A DNA stretch of 64,000 nucleotides from Eledone cirrhosa (GCA_964016885.1 OZ024766.1:14446001-14510000); one strand, 5' to 3'; positions 1 through 14,761 are shown, counted from the stretch's first letter. Made by a program: numbers and translations. Notes: generated by a model not told the origin, from the sequence alone.

Positions 1-275
1 CACTGTGAAGTAGTCATGTTGGTGCCATGATAGTACCCAGCCCACACTGTAAAGTAGTCATTTTGGTGCCATGATAGTACCCAGTCCACACTGTAAAGTA
101 GTCATGTTGGTGCCATGATAGTACCAAGTCCACACTGTAAAGTAGTCATGTTGGTGCCATGATATTATTCAGTCCACACTGTAAAGTAGTCATGTTGGTG
201 CCAGGATAGTACCCAGTCCACACTGTAAAGTAGTCATGTTGGTGATACCGCAGAAAGCACCCAGTACACACTGCA
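1..275. repeat. 44-bp tandem repeat from an RTE/SINE 3' region
   Basis: CACACTGTAAAGTAGTCATGTTGGTGCCATGATAGTACCCAGTC recurs at 43, 87, 131, 175 and 219. Confidence 0.9.
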
Positions 276-689
276 AATGTAGTTGGCGTTATGAAGGGCA
301 TCCAGTCATGGAAACCGAGACCCGGTCATCTGATCTGAATTGTCTCACAATAGGACAACTCATCTAACCCATGCTAGCATGGAAAAATGGACGTTAAACA
401 GTGATGATGATGATTATGATGTTGAAAGTCTACGGTGCTGAGACCACAAATCAAGGGAGTAGTCTATGTGAAAAAGTAGAGTGGGTATAGAGGAAGGTAA
501 AAACATACCTGAGACATGAGTGTGTAACCTAGTAGTTAGTGACTTTATAGTTATGTCTAGAGGAACTCAGAGACAGAGGGCAACCTGGAGAAGAAGAATA
601 TGGAAGATAAAGGAGCCCTCAGCCAGTAACAAATTTAGAGATATTTTGTTTGACACTTTTCACAGTAAAGAAGAAGATATAGAGACTCA

Positions 690-1010
690 GAAGATAGAGG
701 AGGTGTTGGTGTTATATATATGTATGCTCTGATGGATGAGCAGCATTAGGAAACTGAGGGAATAAGTTGCTATAAGAGAAAGTAGATGTAGTGTGCTAGA
801 GAGAAGACTACGTTGGTATGGACATGTGATGTGTATGAAAGATAGCAGCTGCATAAAGAAATGGAGAAAAACTGATGTGGTTAGGACCATTGGAAGAGGC
901 AGACCCAGGAAGACATGGGATGAGTGTGTGAAGACCTTAAAAGACATCACAACAGAAATGACAAAGGACCACAAGAGCTGGCACTATGTTATGATAGTGA
1001 AGACCTGGTC
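690..1010 (+). mobile_element. RTE LINE 3' fragment
   Basis: ERRLRWYGHVM...GRGRPRKTWDECV. Similar decayed pieces at about 2900-3100, 3330-3560 and 12270-12530. Confidence 0.8.
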
Positions 1011-2304
1011 AACAGCATACAGTGGCCTGACCTATCCCCTTATCTTCCCTCTCCCTAGCACACCCGAACAGGTATTTCTCACTACACCACCCCAACTCCT
1101 TATCTGCTGCCCCTTCAAAACCTCTAGAATCCCTCACAGTTCACAATCTAGTAGACACTCCCCTCACTGTTATGTTCTCCATCCATGCCCCCTCCACTAG
1201 TACTCCCTAGCAGCTCCCCTCATCTCCACTAAATACCCTCACTCCATCCATGCCCCCTCCACTAGTACTCCCTAGCAGCTCTCCTCATCTCCACTAAGTA
1301 CCCCCACTCCATCCATGCCACCTCCCTCTAGTATTTATCCCTTAGCTTCTGTCTCCCCCACTATAAACCCTTAGAACCCTTCACTATCACACCTTAGTAG
1401 CTACCATGCCCCCTTCCCTATCCCTCTGCTATTCTCTCCATCACTACACCTCCCCGTTTCTGACATCGCTGTTCTCATCTTCATGGAGAAAGACAGGAGA
1501 CAGCTGAAGAGGACCCTTCAGTGGTGTCAAAGACAGGACAATGTTCCTAGTGTTGGTGATCTACAAGATAAACACACCCACTACATGCTATAAAGTTGGT
1601 GCTAGGAAGGGTATCCAGCCATAGAAAGCTTGCCATACAAAGTGCTGGGAGGACCCTTCACTTGTGTTAAAGATATGAAAACCTCTCCTGTGCACTTGAT
1701 AGTATGTGAGATCATACATAAGAGAGATAACAGACTCCTAACCATCCTGGAAGGTCAGCAGCCATGCATCAGTACTGACTTAGTCTATCTATACCCATCT
1801 ATCCCTTACTAGCAAGGTAAGCAGACATTAAAACTATGATGATGATGATAATATATGTATATGTGTGTGTAGTGAAAGAAATGTTTTCCCACAGTCTTCT
1901 CTTATGGACATGGCCACCAAAAAGTGACTTGTGACCTTGCAGAGAAGACAACAGTTCAATTTTCTGGAGGCTAGGTTTACAGCACCATTCCTACAAAGGA
2001 GAACATATTCTGGGGCCATCTGTTATTTATCAAAAATAACTAGCTGTCATTATAAATAGGCTGTCCTGTGGTCCTAACTCAGTCATCTGCCTCTTCATAT
2101 AAACACAGCTCCTTTGCCAGTTCTTACTACTACCTCAACTGGTACATACTGTCTGACTACAACTTGTCAATTTTTAATCAAACATAGCATATTAAACAAA
2201 GATTCTCCAGTACAACACTATATTCATTTGTAAATATACAACACTATATTCATTTGTAAATACTACAATCAAACATTATATTTATGATATGAGGGTGGGG
2301 AATT

Positions 2305-2481
2305 GGCAGTATCGGTAGAGGGTTGGACGCCATGCTTTCTAGCATAGTTACGACCCTTTACAGTCTCAGTTCAAATCCCACCGAGGTTAACTTTGCTTTT
2401 CATCCTTACGGGGGTCGATAAAATAAAGTACCAGTAATGTACTGGGAAATTGCTGGCCTTGTGCCTAAAGTAGAAACAATT
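2305..2481 (+). mobile_element. tRNA-derived SINE family A
   Basis: B-box-like GTTCAAATCCC and conserved core TTTGC(C/T)TTTCATCCTTACGGGG(G)TCGATAAAATAAAGTACCAGT. Copies at about 30335, 32200(-), 45640(-), 53190(-), 53430(-), 54085, 58005, 58275 and 63845. Confidence 0.75.
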
Positions 2482-2745
2482 ATATTTATGATTTGAAGTA
2501 ATCAGATTTTTTTACCTTTTTGCTGAAGTGAAGTAAAATTATATCTAACCAAAATTATTGTTATTTGTCTTGTTTATCATCCTCTTTCATAACAACCACT
2601 AACTTCCCTTCATGTCTACACACAGCCACATGTCTAATTCTCTTAATTTAAAATGTTTAAAAGTGAGTTGGCTGCTATTTCTAGCACATCGAGTAACAAG
2701 TTAAGAGACTGCTTCGTTGATATGTAATAATTATTTTATTGGTGA

Positions 2746-2913
<168 letters not shown>

Positions 2914-4373
2914 TGATGCACATGAAGGATGACATCTGTATAAAAAGGTACAGGGAACTCGAGGCTGTAGGGTGCCTCAAAAGAGGAAGACCTAGGCAGA
3001 AGTAGGATGTAATGACAAAAGGCCAACCTGGCTCAGCTGAACCCTCTCAATGGAGATGACACAGGACTGAGATATCTGGTACTACAACATACAACAAAGG
3101 ACCAGAGTGAACCTCACAAGGTGCAAGGCATGGTGCAGCCAATTGGCCTGACATCCCTCATAATGGGACCTCTCAGCTCCCAAATTACGGTTCCCCTGTG
3201 AACAGGGTACAGCAAGGCCAGCTGGCCAGACATTCCCCAAAACAGTGCCACCCAGTTCCACACTGTAAAAGTGGTTGGTACTAGGAAGGGCATCCAACAA
3301 CTGTAAAGACACAGCCACTACATAGTCAAAGCATGAGAGAACTGAGAGAGAAACTAGACATAAGAGGGATCAGATGTAGTGTGCAGGAGAGGAGATTGTA
3401 GTGGTATGGGGTGTGTATGGAGGGTGACCGCTGTATAAATATATTTAGGGCTCTCAAAGTTGATGGTAGCTCTGGAAGACTTCGAAGGAAGTGATAAAAG
3501 CTGACCTCACACAAATTCTCAAAGGAGACGACACAGTATTGAGATCTCTGGATCATGCTGTACTTCAGAAGACCTGCCCCACCTCCCATGTAAAATGATA
3601 TGAAACAAACATGTAGAGTACACACTAATCTGCACCAATCTTCTCCCTACACCTCACCATTCACCCAGTCCACACTGTAATGTGGTTGGCATTAGGAAGG
3701 GCATCCAGCTGTAGAAACCAAACCAAAATACAGATCCATGTGAACAAGACATGTTCACATGACCTGACATGTTTCATAACATGACACCTTGTCTAACATA
3801 TCAAGTGTGAAATAACAGACGTTAAATGATGATGATTATGATGATGATATACACATATATATATATTTGTATGTATATATATGTGTGTGTGTATACAGAA
3901 ATAATATATACACTACTTAATTATATATATATATACAACATATCAAAATAAATCAAATAAATTTAACAAACGACTGAATTTACCAAAATAGAATATTTTA
4001 TTTATTTATAATTTGGTGATAAACAAATATTTGGTAAAAGTAATTCTTCTTTTTCACGCTTTCTTTCCATCCTTTTTCCACACACACACACACACATTAT
4101 ATATGTATATATATACACACACACACAAGGGTATAAAGTGGTGGTGTAAAGTGATAGAGTTGCTGCCACAATAAAATACACCTTGTTCACTCTGTAAAGT
4201 AGTCATGAGGGTTCCACAATAAAATGCACCCTGTCCACTCTGTAAAGTGGTTGTCATTGAAAACATCATCCAGCAATGTCTGGTCTTGTTCCATGACAAC
4301 ACAACCCATCCAGTTAATGCTAGAATGGAACACAGATATAAGATGATGATGATGATGATGATGATGATAGAGA

Positions 4374-4579
4374 CTAGTTTTTCTCTGAATCTAGACAACC
4401 AAGAGCCTCAAAACAATCTGCTGTCTTTAGAGCCTCTTCCAGAGTGGCTATGGTGCATTCTTCTGGCTCACATTTTTCACCCCATCTGCGTAACATATGA
4501 AAAGCCTGTTTCACAACACTCTTAGGATTGTCATGCTCTATTTTGTCAAGTTCAATAGATGGAACCTCTAATTGAATAC
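4374..4579 (-). CDS. Exon 8 (terminal): death domain, C-terminal part
   Basis: attttgcag|GT; GIQLEVPSIELDKIEHDNPKSVVKQAFHMLRRWGEKCEPEECTIATLEEALKTADCFEALGCLDSEKN*. Fits the death-fold pattern W..(G)..L.....LD.I..D.P......A..ML..W......T...L..AL. Confidence 0.85.
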
Positions 4580-7500
4580 CTGCAAAATATAAAACAATAA
4601 GAAACCAATACTACAACAACAATAACAACATTAAACAGATTAGTTATATAAAATATGTATACCACAGGTTGTTGTAAATAACAAAGTAACTAGCTGTAGA
4701 GTAATAGAAATAATTAACATAAAAATTCTAAAATATTGTTCTATGTTTCCAAGGTTACCGACAAAAATAAAGAAGTTGAAGTGAGGAGAAGAAAGAAGAA
4801 CAAGATTAAAGAAAATAGACTTGAGAAATTTATGGCAAAGAAATGGCAGAAGTTTTTGTATTGTCAGAACTGGTGAAATAGTCAGGGTTCTGCCTAAAAT
4901 CTACCAAGACATAAATGACAAGTGACAAATATTTCCTCATCATCATCATCATCATTTTACATCCTCTTTTCACTGCTTGCAAGGGTGGGATGGGTCCTAT
5001 TCATCATCTCTCCATTTGACATGGTCCTTTGTCATCTACTCTGTGAGCTTCAGCGATCTGAGGTCTGCTCTCACCACCTCTCCCCATATTTTTGTGGTCT
5101 TCATCTACTGCGTCTTCCTTCCACTGGGATTTCTTGGCACTTCATTACTCAGCAGTCACCCGCCATGCATATCACACATCCATACCAACACAGTCTTCTC
5201 TCCTGCACTCTACATCTTATCCCTCTTATACACAGTTTTTCTCTCAACTCGTCTATGCTGGGTCATTCACACACATTGACATTGCACATCCAACGGAGCA
5301 TGCTTGCTTCATTTCTCTCCGGCCGTCACATTTCCTCTGCAGTTGCTGCCCATTTCTCACTACCATGCAACATCACACATCTCACACAGCCATCATATAA
5401 CCGGCCTTTCGTCTGTAGGGAGAAACCCTTCATTGTCAACAGAGGAAGCAGCTCCCTAAACTTCTTCCAACCCGTCCTTATTCTAGATACTATGGCCTCG
5501 GAACACCCTCCTCCCTTACTAATCTGATCACCTAGGTATCAGAAGCTATCAACTACCTCTATAGATCCTACCTGCATTTGAAAAATGTGTCTATCACTGC
5601 AATCTCTGTCAAATTTCCCTGTACATCTACTGCATACGTATTTCTCCCTACCTGTCAGTTTTCCTGCTATCCCACTACATCCCTTGTGTACCCAAGATCT
5701 GCATTGCGTACATTTTATAGAATTTATGCCAACTCCTTTTCTACATATCGAACATGGCGATATCCCTGACAGAATCAGAGTTTGGTCCTCTCTTCTACTT
5801 ATAAACACTTTTGTCTTAGCTAGGTTCCCTCTCAGTCTTCTTGATTCCAACTACTGTTTCCATAGCCAGAATTTATTCTCTAGCTCCTCTACTGATTCTG
5901 CTATAAGAACCAGATCATCAGCATAGAGAAGTTCCCATGGACAGCAAGTCTTAAACTCCTCTGTTATGGCTTGGAGGACTATAATGAACAAGAGCGGACT
6001 GAGGACCGAACCCTGATGTACACCTACACATATCTGGAATTCCTTACTAAACTCCATTCCTACTCTCACTTTACTGACAGCACCCCTGTACATAACTTGG
6101 ACTGTCCTCACAAGCCATTCCCCTACACCTAGTTTCCTTAAGGACCACCAGATGACAGATCGGGGTTCTCTATCAAAGGCCTTCTCTAGGTCAACAAAAG
6201 CTAAGTATAGTGGCTTATTCTTCTCTAAGAACCTGTCTTGTAGTTGTCTCACTAAGAAGAGGGCATCCTTGCTGCTAAATTTAATGGACATGTTGAGTAG
6301 CACGAAGATGACTCTTTTGGAGTACATGATGGCTAGAGGTATGGCTTGAAGGATCAAGACTCCTACAGTTCTGTGGTGTAAGTGACTTCAAGATATCAGC
6401 CAATCATTTGATCAGGTAGACATACAAGCTAGATTAATTTTATTCTCATCAGAAAACAAATAGACAGATGGTTGTGAATATTAAATCTGTTTCCAGAGAA
6501 GGAAGCGTTTGGTAGAGAGTGTGGACAAAGGAAGACTATAACCTTAACAATAAGACTACACCATCTCATAAGACAAAGATGGCTGAAGAACGAAAGAGTA
6601 ACAATCTCTAGGAATAATGTAGGGTGGTCACACCTGGAACACCCTCCATTATAAATCTGCAGATCATGGCAGAACCGAGACTAAATAACAATAACAACCT
6701 ATCTGTAAATTTAATATGTTTCAATAAAAACAAACAAAAACATTCCCATTAACTCACATGTTTACCCCAATACACCAACAGATTTTTATTCCCTGTTTTA
6801 GAAGACAATATTAGTTATATTGTGTCTTCTAATTTATTCATTTTTACCAATTCAGTTAAAAGTAAACTTTATAGAAATCAACAAGATACTGTAATCTTAT
6901 ACTCACCAACTGCATACCAATTTTCCACTAACAGTCCTGCTACCTTCCACAGGACTTTCTCATTCGGCTTTTGAGACCCTGAAAAAATATTTCCAAGTTT
7001 TTTCATTTTACTGTAAAGATTTTCTATTCCTGTTTATAATCTATATTTTATATTTTCAGACATTCCTATAATCAGAAGTCAACTAGTGATCACAATGGCT
7101 TTAGTCAATATTTTCTCTTCTTGTTATATCAGGTTATCTGAGTATTTAGACCCACAACAAAATATATTAAACTTTATAAATATTTTCTATCTATAAAAAC
7201 ATCTTATATATTCTAACAATGCTGTAATTATCTCATTCCACTAACAGCTGATTATACATTTGTTTTTCTCATAGCTTTGTCTTTCACTTATGCCAAATCT
7301 ACAATATAGCAACACTGTCCTCTCCTCTCTGCATTTTACTAATAAATATTCTGTTTATTTTCTTCTTAATTCTAATATCAGCCAAGTTGGTTATCAAAGA
7401 CCTAACAACAAATTCATGATAGCCGACATGAAATAGGAGTAGATACACCTGCTTTCCTTGAGAAAGGTTGATGTTGGCCATCTTTAGTGTAAACTGACCA

Positions 7501-10500
7501 CATCTGTGTTCACCAGAATGTCATCTGATTCATGTAATATTTACAAATATTTACATGTCACGTGTCCTCCATAATGATACAGGATCTTATCGGTGAGCAC
7601 TGATTATTCTATACAGGTGAGAAGGAAAGTGATAACAGGTGTCCTAAAACACTGTACACTTACACAAATCCTCATTAGCTCCCTTTAACAAGTCATCTCT
7701 ACATTAATGCAGTGAAAATATCTGAAAAGGATCCATGAAATGACCCCAACATTATAATTTATCTCCTACAGACCCCTTATATAAATAGATCATAGTTTCT
7801 CAAATCTTTGCTCACCCTCTCCATCAATACAGTGGACATCAGTAGCGGGAGAAGCCAACTACCTGAACATTTGAGGAAGTAGAAGTTACACCTGTCTTTT
7901 AGACATCTGTCAGTTCTAACAATGAGTGTTCCAATTGTTTGAATAACAGAACAGTTTACTCATGTAATTAAGGTGCAAATGGCTGAGTATTCCATAGACA
8001 TGTACACCCATAGCATAATTCTCAGGGAGATTCAGTATGGCACAGTGCGTGACAAAGCTGGTCCTTTTAATTACAGGTACAGTCCATCTTGTATTATAGT
8101 GAGAGTGGCTGAGTATTCCACAGACATATGTTCTCATAACGTGATTCTAAGGGAGATTCAGTGATATGTTGTATGTGATATAGCTGGCCCATTGAATTAC
8201 AGTAACAATAACGGTCACCATTATTATAATTCTCAGGGAGATTCAGCATAACAAAGTATGAAACAAAGCTGGTCTTTAGAATTACAAATACAACTCATTT
8301 TCCCATCTAAGTAGACTGAAGTAACATGAAATAAACTGTCTTGCTCAAAGATACAATATGTTCCTGGGAATTGAACTCAGAACCTTATGATCATGAGACA
8401 AACACACTAACCACTAAGTCATGAATGGAAATATACAGACAGATTATCAAATAATTACTTACTAAATTCATCCATGGATTTATTGGTGGCTTTATTAACC
8501 TTACATGGGGGACATACAGCTCTGTAAAAGGAAATAAAGATACAACTCACCAACATTAATTTACACCAAATATTACATTGTATACAAGTTTACAGAGATT
8601 ATGTGTGAAGGGCACAACAACCTCTCTAGTATTGGTGACATGATAAAATACAACCAGTACACTCTGTAATGTGGTTGCTAATAGGAAGGGCTTCCTGTCA
8701 TACAAAACTTTCCAAACAAAGGATAGAGAGGATTCTGTAGTGGTTTCAAAGACATGACAACATCCCTAGTGCTGGTGCCATGATTAAATCAGCAGTGCCT
8801 TTCATGATGATGATGATGATGATTTATAATAAAAGGTTGGATTTGAACTTAGAACGTTCAGGACCATAACTCTATGCTGCAAAGCATGGTGTGTGACGCT
8901 CTACTGATACTGCCAATCCATAATCAATAATAATAATGAAAATTATTGTGTACAATGCTCAGGTGCACTACAACTGGTATGACCGTAAAGCCAGGTGATG
9001 GTGAGACTGAGATACTGGAATAACCAAGCTCTCTCACCAGGGAGTATCAACTGGTATGACCGTAAGGCCTGGTGATGGTGAGGCTGAGATGCTGGAATAG
9101 CCAAGCACCTTCACATAAGAGCACCATGAGATACATCAGTAAAGCCAGGTGATGGTGAGACTGAGATACTGGAATAACCAAGCAGCCTCACCACCAGGAA
9201 CATCACCTGATACATTGGTAAGTGAAGCCACCAACAAGAACAAGAGCCTCATTGTCAATGGCTACCAACTCCCCCATGAAAGTATGAAATGAATCAAACA
9301 GAATAGAAATAATTGTTGTAAACTTACTGTGAAACAGCTTCATGTATTCGTGTGTTACCAGTTCTGTCTTCCTTTACCTGTAAACCAGCTGCTGCTCCAC
9401 TTAATTTCTCCATTTTAGCTGTTAATATATATATATATATCATCATCATTTAACATCCATCTTCCATGCTAGCATGGGTTGGACGGTTTTGTTTCACTTA
9501 AGGCAAGATTTTTCGGGAGACCGTGTCCTGCTCATACAGAACTGTCCCTGGCAGGTTTTCTATGGCTGGATGACATTCCTAACACCAACCACATTTACAG
9601 TGTGGACTGGGAGCCTTTTTACCATGTCTCCTACATGACCACTTTACAATGTGGACTGGGAGCTCTTTGTTGTGTCAACAACATGACCACTTTACAGTGG
9701 TCCTCCCATTTCTATGGGAGGACAGAGTAGGGTGTGTGGAGTGGGGTGTATATTGGGTTAAGAGGTACCTACTGACTGTAGGTTTAAGTTTGTATGCCAG
9801 AGAAAGCAGGTCTCCTGTACAACTGCATAGTGCCAAAGATCTCGATCCAGTGATATTGTCTTAGAGAGGTTTAAGTGAACAAGGTCAGTTTTTATCAGCT
9901 CGTCCCAGGTTTTCCTTGGTCTACCCACTCCGTAGCTTCCATCAATGTTCATTGCCCTGCACTTTTTTATACAGCTGTTGTCCTTCATAAACATCACATG
10001 ACCATACCAACACAATCTCCACTCCAGAACACAATATTTGACACCTCTTATGCTTAGTCTCTCTCTCAATTCGTTTATGCTTTGCCATTCGCTCACATTA
10101 CTATTACACATCCATCGGAGCATGCAAGCTTCATTTCTTTCTAATCTACACAAGTCTTCAGCACACGACACCCAAGTCTAACTACCATGTAACATTGCTC
10201 TTCGTATACAAGCATCATACAATCTGCCTATCACTTTTAGAAAAAAGCCTGTTGCCGCCAACAGCGGTATTAGCTCTCTGAACTTTTTCCATCCCGTTTT
10301 AACTCTGGCTACTTCAATTTCAGAGCACCCTCCACTACTGCTGATTTTGTCACCCAGTTAACGGAAAGTGTCTACTATTTCTATAGAACCATCTGGGCAG
10401 TTGAAATGAGATAGAATCCAATAGTTCTATAGAAATCATCATCATCAGTTTTACGTCCATTCTTCCACACTAGCATGGGTTAGACAGATTGTCCTGCTGT

Positions 10501-11063
10501 GGGCGATGTTAGGTCAGGTGACCTTGTCTTGCTCATACGGGAACTGATTTTGGCTTGATTTCTACAGCTGGATGTCCATATATATATATATATATATGCA
10601 AGTGTATTTTATTAAATGTAACTTAAAATTAAAACCTTCAATGTATGATTTTTGCCTATTAAAAATAATCTAAAAAAAGGGGACACCATTGCCTATGTGA
10701 CTCAAACTGACATTTGCCTTATACAGGACATCTTTACTTACCAGTTACAATCGACATATATATATATGGAGGCATATGGCTTAGTGGTTAGAGCATTGGC
10801 CTTGCAATCGAAAGGTTGTGAGTTCAATTCTCAGTGATGTGTTGTTTCCTTGAGCAAGACACTTTATTTCAGATTGCTCCAGTTTACTCAGCTGTAGAAA
10901 TGAGATGATAGGGACTATCATTTTTGCCACAGCAAAAAAGCACCCAGCACTCACTGTAAATCATGTTGGTGTAAGGAAGGGCATCCAGCTGTAGAAATCA
11001 AGCCAGAATCAGTTCCCGTCCCACCCTTGCAAGCAGGGAAAATGCGGACGTAAAATGAAATGA

Positions 11064-11116
<53 letters not shown>

Positions 11117-14100
11117 TACATACAAGGGTGAGTCAAAATATAATGCAATTTTTGTCATAGAAAACAACATCATACTTCGGGACTGGGCATATCAAAAGAT
11201 CAAAATAACGGAGGTAAACTTTGTTCCATCATTATGCTTTTCTTATTTTTCTGTTCAAGTTCTGATGAGATCATAGCTGTGGAATAATGGTTATCATCCG
11301 AAATATATATAACAGGGACTATGTATAAACAAAGTTAATTTTAACCTATTGACTTACACTTCTTGTTTATATATATGTGGAGGATATATAAAACAGGAAA
11401 CAAGAAGGTGTAAATAGGGGCATAAATATGAGGGAAGGGAGATAATTTGACAACATAACATAACTAGTATTTAATAGAATTTAATGTTGAAATACTAAGG
11501 AGATATTTAAAGAAAAAGGAAGAGAGGTGTTAGTATTATACTTAATGGTAGAATAAAAAGTGAATATAGGAGTGAAAAGAAATAGCATGCAAAATTAATG
11601 GAGAGGGTTAATATAGGAGGAATCATTAAAATTGAAATAATTAAGGGGAGTGATGTATATTAAGACAATGGAGGAAAGATAAATAAAAGTATATTATAAA
11701 ATAAAGGGTAAGAAAATGATAGAAGAAAAGAAAAGTAAGATTATCATGTTTAATGTCCAGGCTATGTATACGAGAGTGTAAGAGGTGAAATTATTAGGTA
11801 AATGTTCCTCAAGTGATTAATTTAAGTGTAGAGTTAAGGGGAGGTCTAGGTTGAGGGTCATACATAGGTGTGAAGAAATAGAGTGAAGAAGAAAAGGAAA
11901 GACTAAAGAGATGAAAGGAAAATAGGTGTTAATAAGTTATGCTAAGGTAAAAGGAGATTCAGCAATAGGAATACTAATTATAAAGATAAAAATAAAATAT
12001 AGATAGAAATTAAAATATTTTAAAAGAAGGGGATTATAAAGATATGGTCAAAGAGTATAAAATTAATCACAAAAGGGGAAAAGGCCTAGATAGGGAGGGT
12101 TAATACTAATAAGAAATAGGATAGAGGGATATTATAGGAAATGTATTATAAATAAATAATTATAATTCTCACAACTAATCTCCTATCTCTCCTCCTTGGT
12201 TAGTTGGTACACATAATATTGATATATATATATATAATGCAAGTATACAAACAGCAATAAATGTAAAGTAACTGAGAGAGACGCTGGGTATAAGAGGGAT
12301 CAGATGCAGTATGCTAGAGTGGAGAATGTGTTGGTTTGGTCATGTGATGTATATGAAGGACAGCAGTTGTATAAAAAGGTATAAAAAGGTACAGGATGGT
12401 CAAAATTGATGGAAGCTATGAAATAGGAAGACCCAGGAAGACCTGGGATAAGGTGATAAAAGCTGACCTTGCACACTTGCACCTCTCAAAGACAATGACA
12501 CAGGATAGAGATCACTGGTGTTAAGCAGTAATATACAATACACACTTTGCCATGTCCACAGACTCATACATCTAGTAGGCACCTCTTACTGTACCCACTC
12601 CTCTCCACACTACCTGTACACTGTGAATAAAACATATCCAGCCCACACTGTAAATGGTTGTGTAAGAGCCACAACAAAAAGCACCCAGCACACATTGTAA
12701 ATGTGGTTGGCATTAGGAGGGACATCCAGCTGTAGAAGCCTAGCCAGAAACAGTTCTATGTGAGTAAAACACGGTCACCTGACGCTACTTGCATCAAATG
12801 GGACAACCCGTCTAACCCATGCTAGCATGAAAAATGGACAGTAAACGATAAAAATTTGTTTTTGTACAAGAAAACACAAATATAGGTGAAGATAGAATAA
12901 AAGTTCAAATATAAGATTTATGACTATAAACCATTTAGACAGGTTTGAATAACAGAACAGCTTACTCATAAAATTAAGGTGCAAAAGATACAATATGTTC
13001 CTGGGAATTGAACTGGGAATTGAACTTATGATCATGAGACAAACACACTAACCACTAAGTCATGAATGGAAATATACAGACAGATTATCAAATAATTACT
13101 TACTAAATTCATCCACCGTACATACAGTCATTCCACACTGTGGACAATGTTCAATTGTGGAACAACATTTTCCACAAGCCACTTTATGTGGACATGGAGT
13201 GGATGTATTGGTGGCTTTATTAATCTGACATGGAGTGGATGTATTGGTGGCTTTCTTAATCTGACATGGAGTGGATGTATTGGTGGCTTTCTTAACCTTA
13301 CATGGGGGACATACAGATCTGTAAAAGAAAATAAAGATAAAACTCACAAACGACATTAATTTACACCAAATATTACATTCTGGATTCTGTAGTGGTTTCA
13401 AAGACATGACAACATCCCTAGTGCTGGTGCCATGATTAAATCAGCAGTGCCTTTCATGATGATGATGATGATGATGATGATTTATAATAAAAGGTGGGAT
13501 TTGAACTCAGAACGTTCAGGGCCATAACTCTATGCTGCAAAGCATGGTGTGTGACGCTCTACTGATACTGCCAATCCATAATCAATAATAATAATGAAAA
13601 TTATTGTGTACAATGCTCAGGTGCACTACGACTCATCAAAGGTGCATGTATTGTACATAGAGTAATGTAGAAATATCAGGAAAGTGAACAGTGATTGAGT
13701 CAAGATACACACACACATGCGCGCATGTATGGAGGTGAGGATATCAGGTGTAGTGTTGGAGTATTTCAGGAAGGATGGAGGTGTTAAAGGATGCAGTGTC
13801 CTGACAGCTAACAACTGATGCAGGTAGTTGGTTCCATGCTTCAGTAACTCTGAGCATGAAAAGATGTTTCTGAAAGTCATGGGGTCTGTACTGTTTTCCT
13901 GCTATTTCTTGGCTTAAAGCAGAAATCAGTTGTCAAACTTCCACAACTTCTGTATTGAGGGTCTATTTTTGTTGTTGTTGTTGATGTTCTTCAACAGGAA
14001 TGGTAGGGGAAGACATGGTAGTTGGTTTGTGTTGTTGTTCAACAGCAATGGTATAGGAAGACACACAGGCCAGGGACTGAAAGGACCAATTTGGTAGCTG

Positions 14101-14730
14101 CACCTTTTCCTAGAATCCATCCATCATCGAAATAGGGTGTCTCTTTTTTTGACCTGGGATCTTTGGAATGTTTATGGCACATTGACGACAGAGAGAAACG
14201 TGACATTTACCACATTGAATCTATTTTGGAAATAGTTCTTGGGTTCAGTACATAGATGACAGACGTGATTTTCCTGGCAATCAATCTTCTATTTTGGGAC
14301 AGAGAACAGTTTTATTACACACCCCTCATCTATGGATGTCACCATAGCAATTATGTTCTGTCTGTCCATCCATACAATACAACAATAGGTAAACAAATAG
14401 ATATGTCTAAGTATAACACACTTGTTAAGGAGATCAATAAAATATATTTTCTTTCTGTTTTCCTATTCTACGTGTGTGTGTATATAAAAAGATCTACACA
14501 TGTATATATAATTAAGAGATGTATATAGGCTAGAAATGAAGTCTATGTCCAGTGTTTATAATGTAGGTACGATAGTTACTATAGTTTCTCACACACGAAA
14601 CAGGATTTCCTTGCACTTTCTGTGTGTATATATATGTGTGTGTGTGTATATATATATGTGTGTGTGTGTGTGTATCTACATATATATGTGTGTGTGTATC
14701 TAGGTATATATATATATATGTGTGTGTATC

Positions 14731-14761
<31 letters not shown>

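Noticed and set aside
7000-7910. Non-repetitive stretch with a 60-aa ORF (7299-7481)
   Set aside because: No recognisable motif or phase-compatible splice pair; possibly an old TE relic.
10768-10835. tRNA gene candidates (also near 24308 and 48626)
   Set aside because: A and B boxes are present, but the sequence continues into a shared SINE body and a full cloverleaf is not evident.
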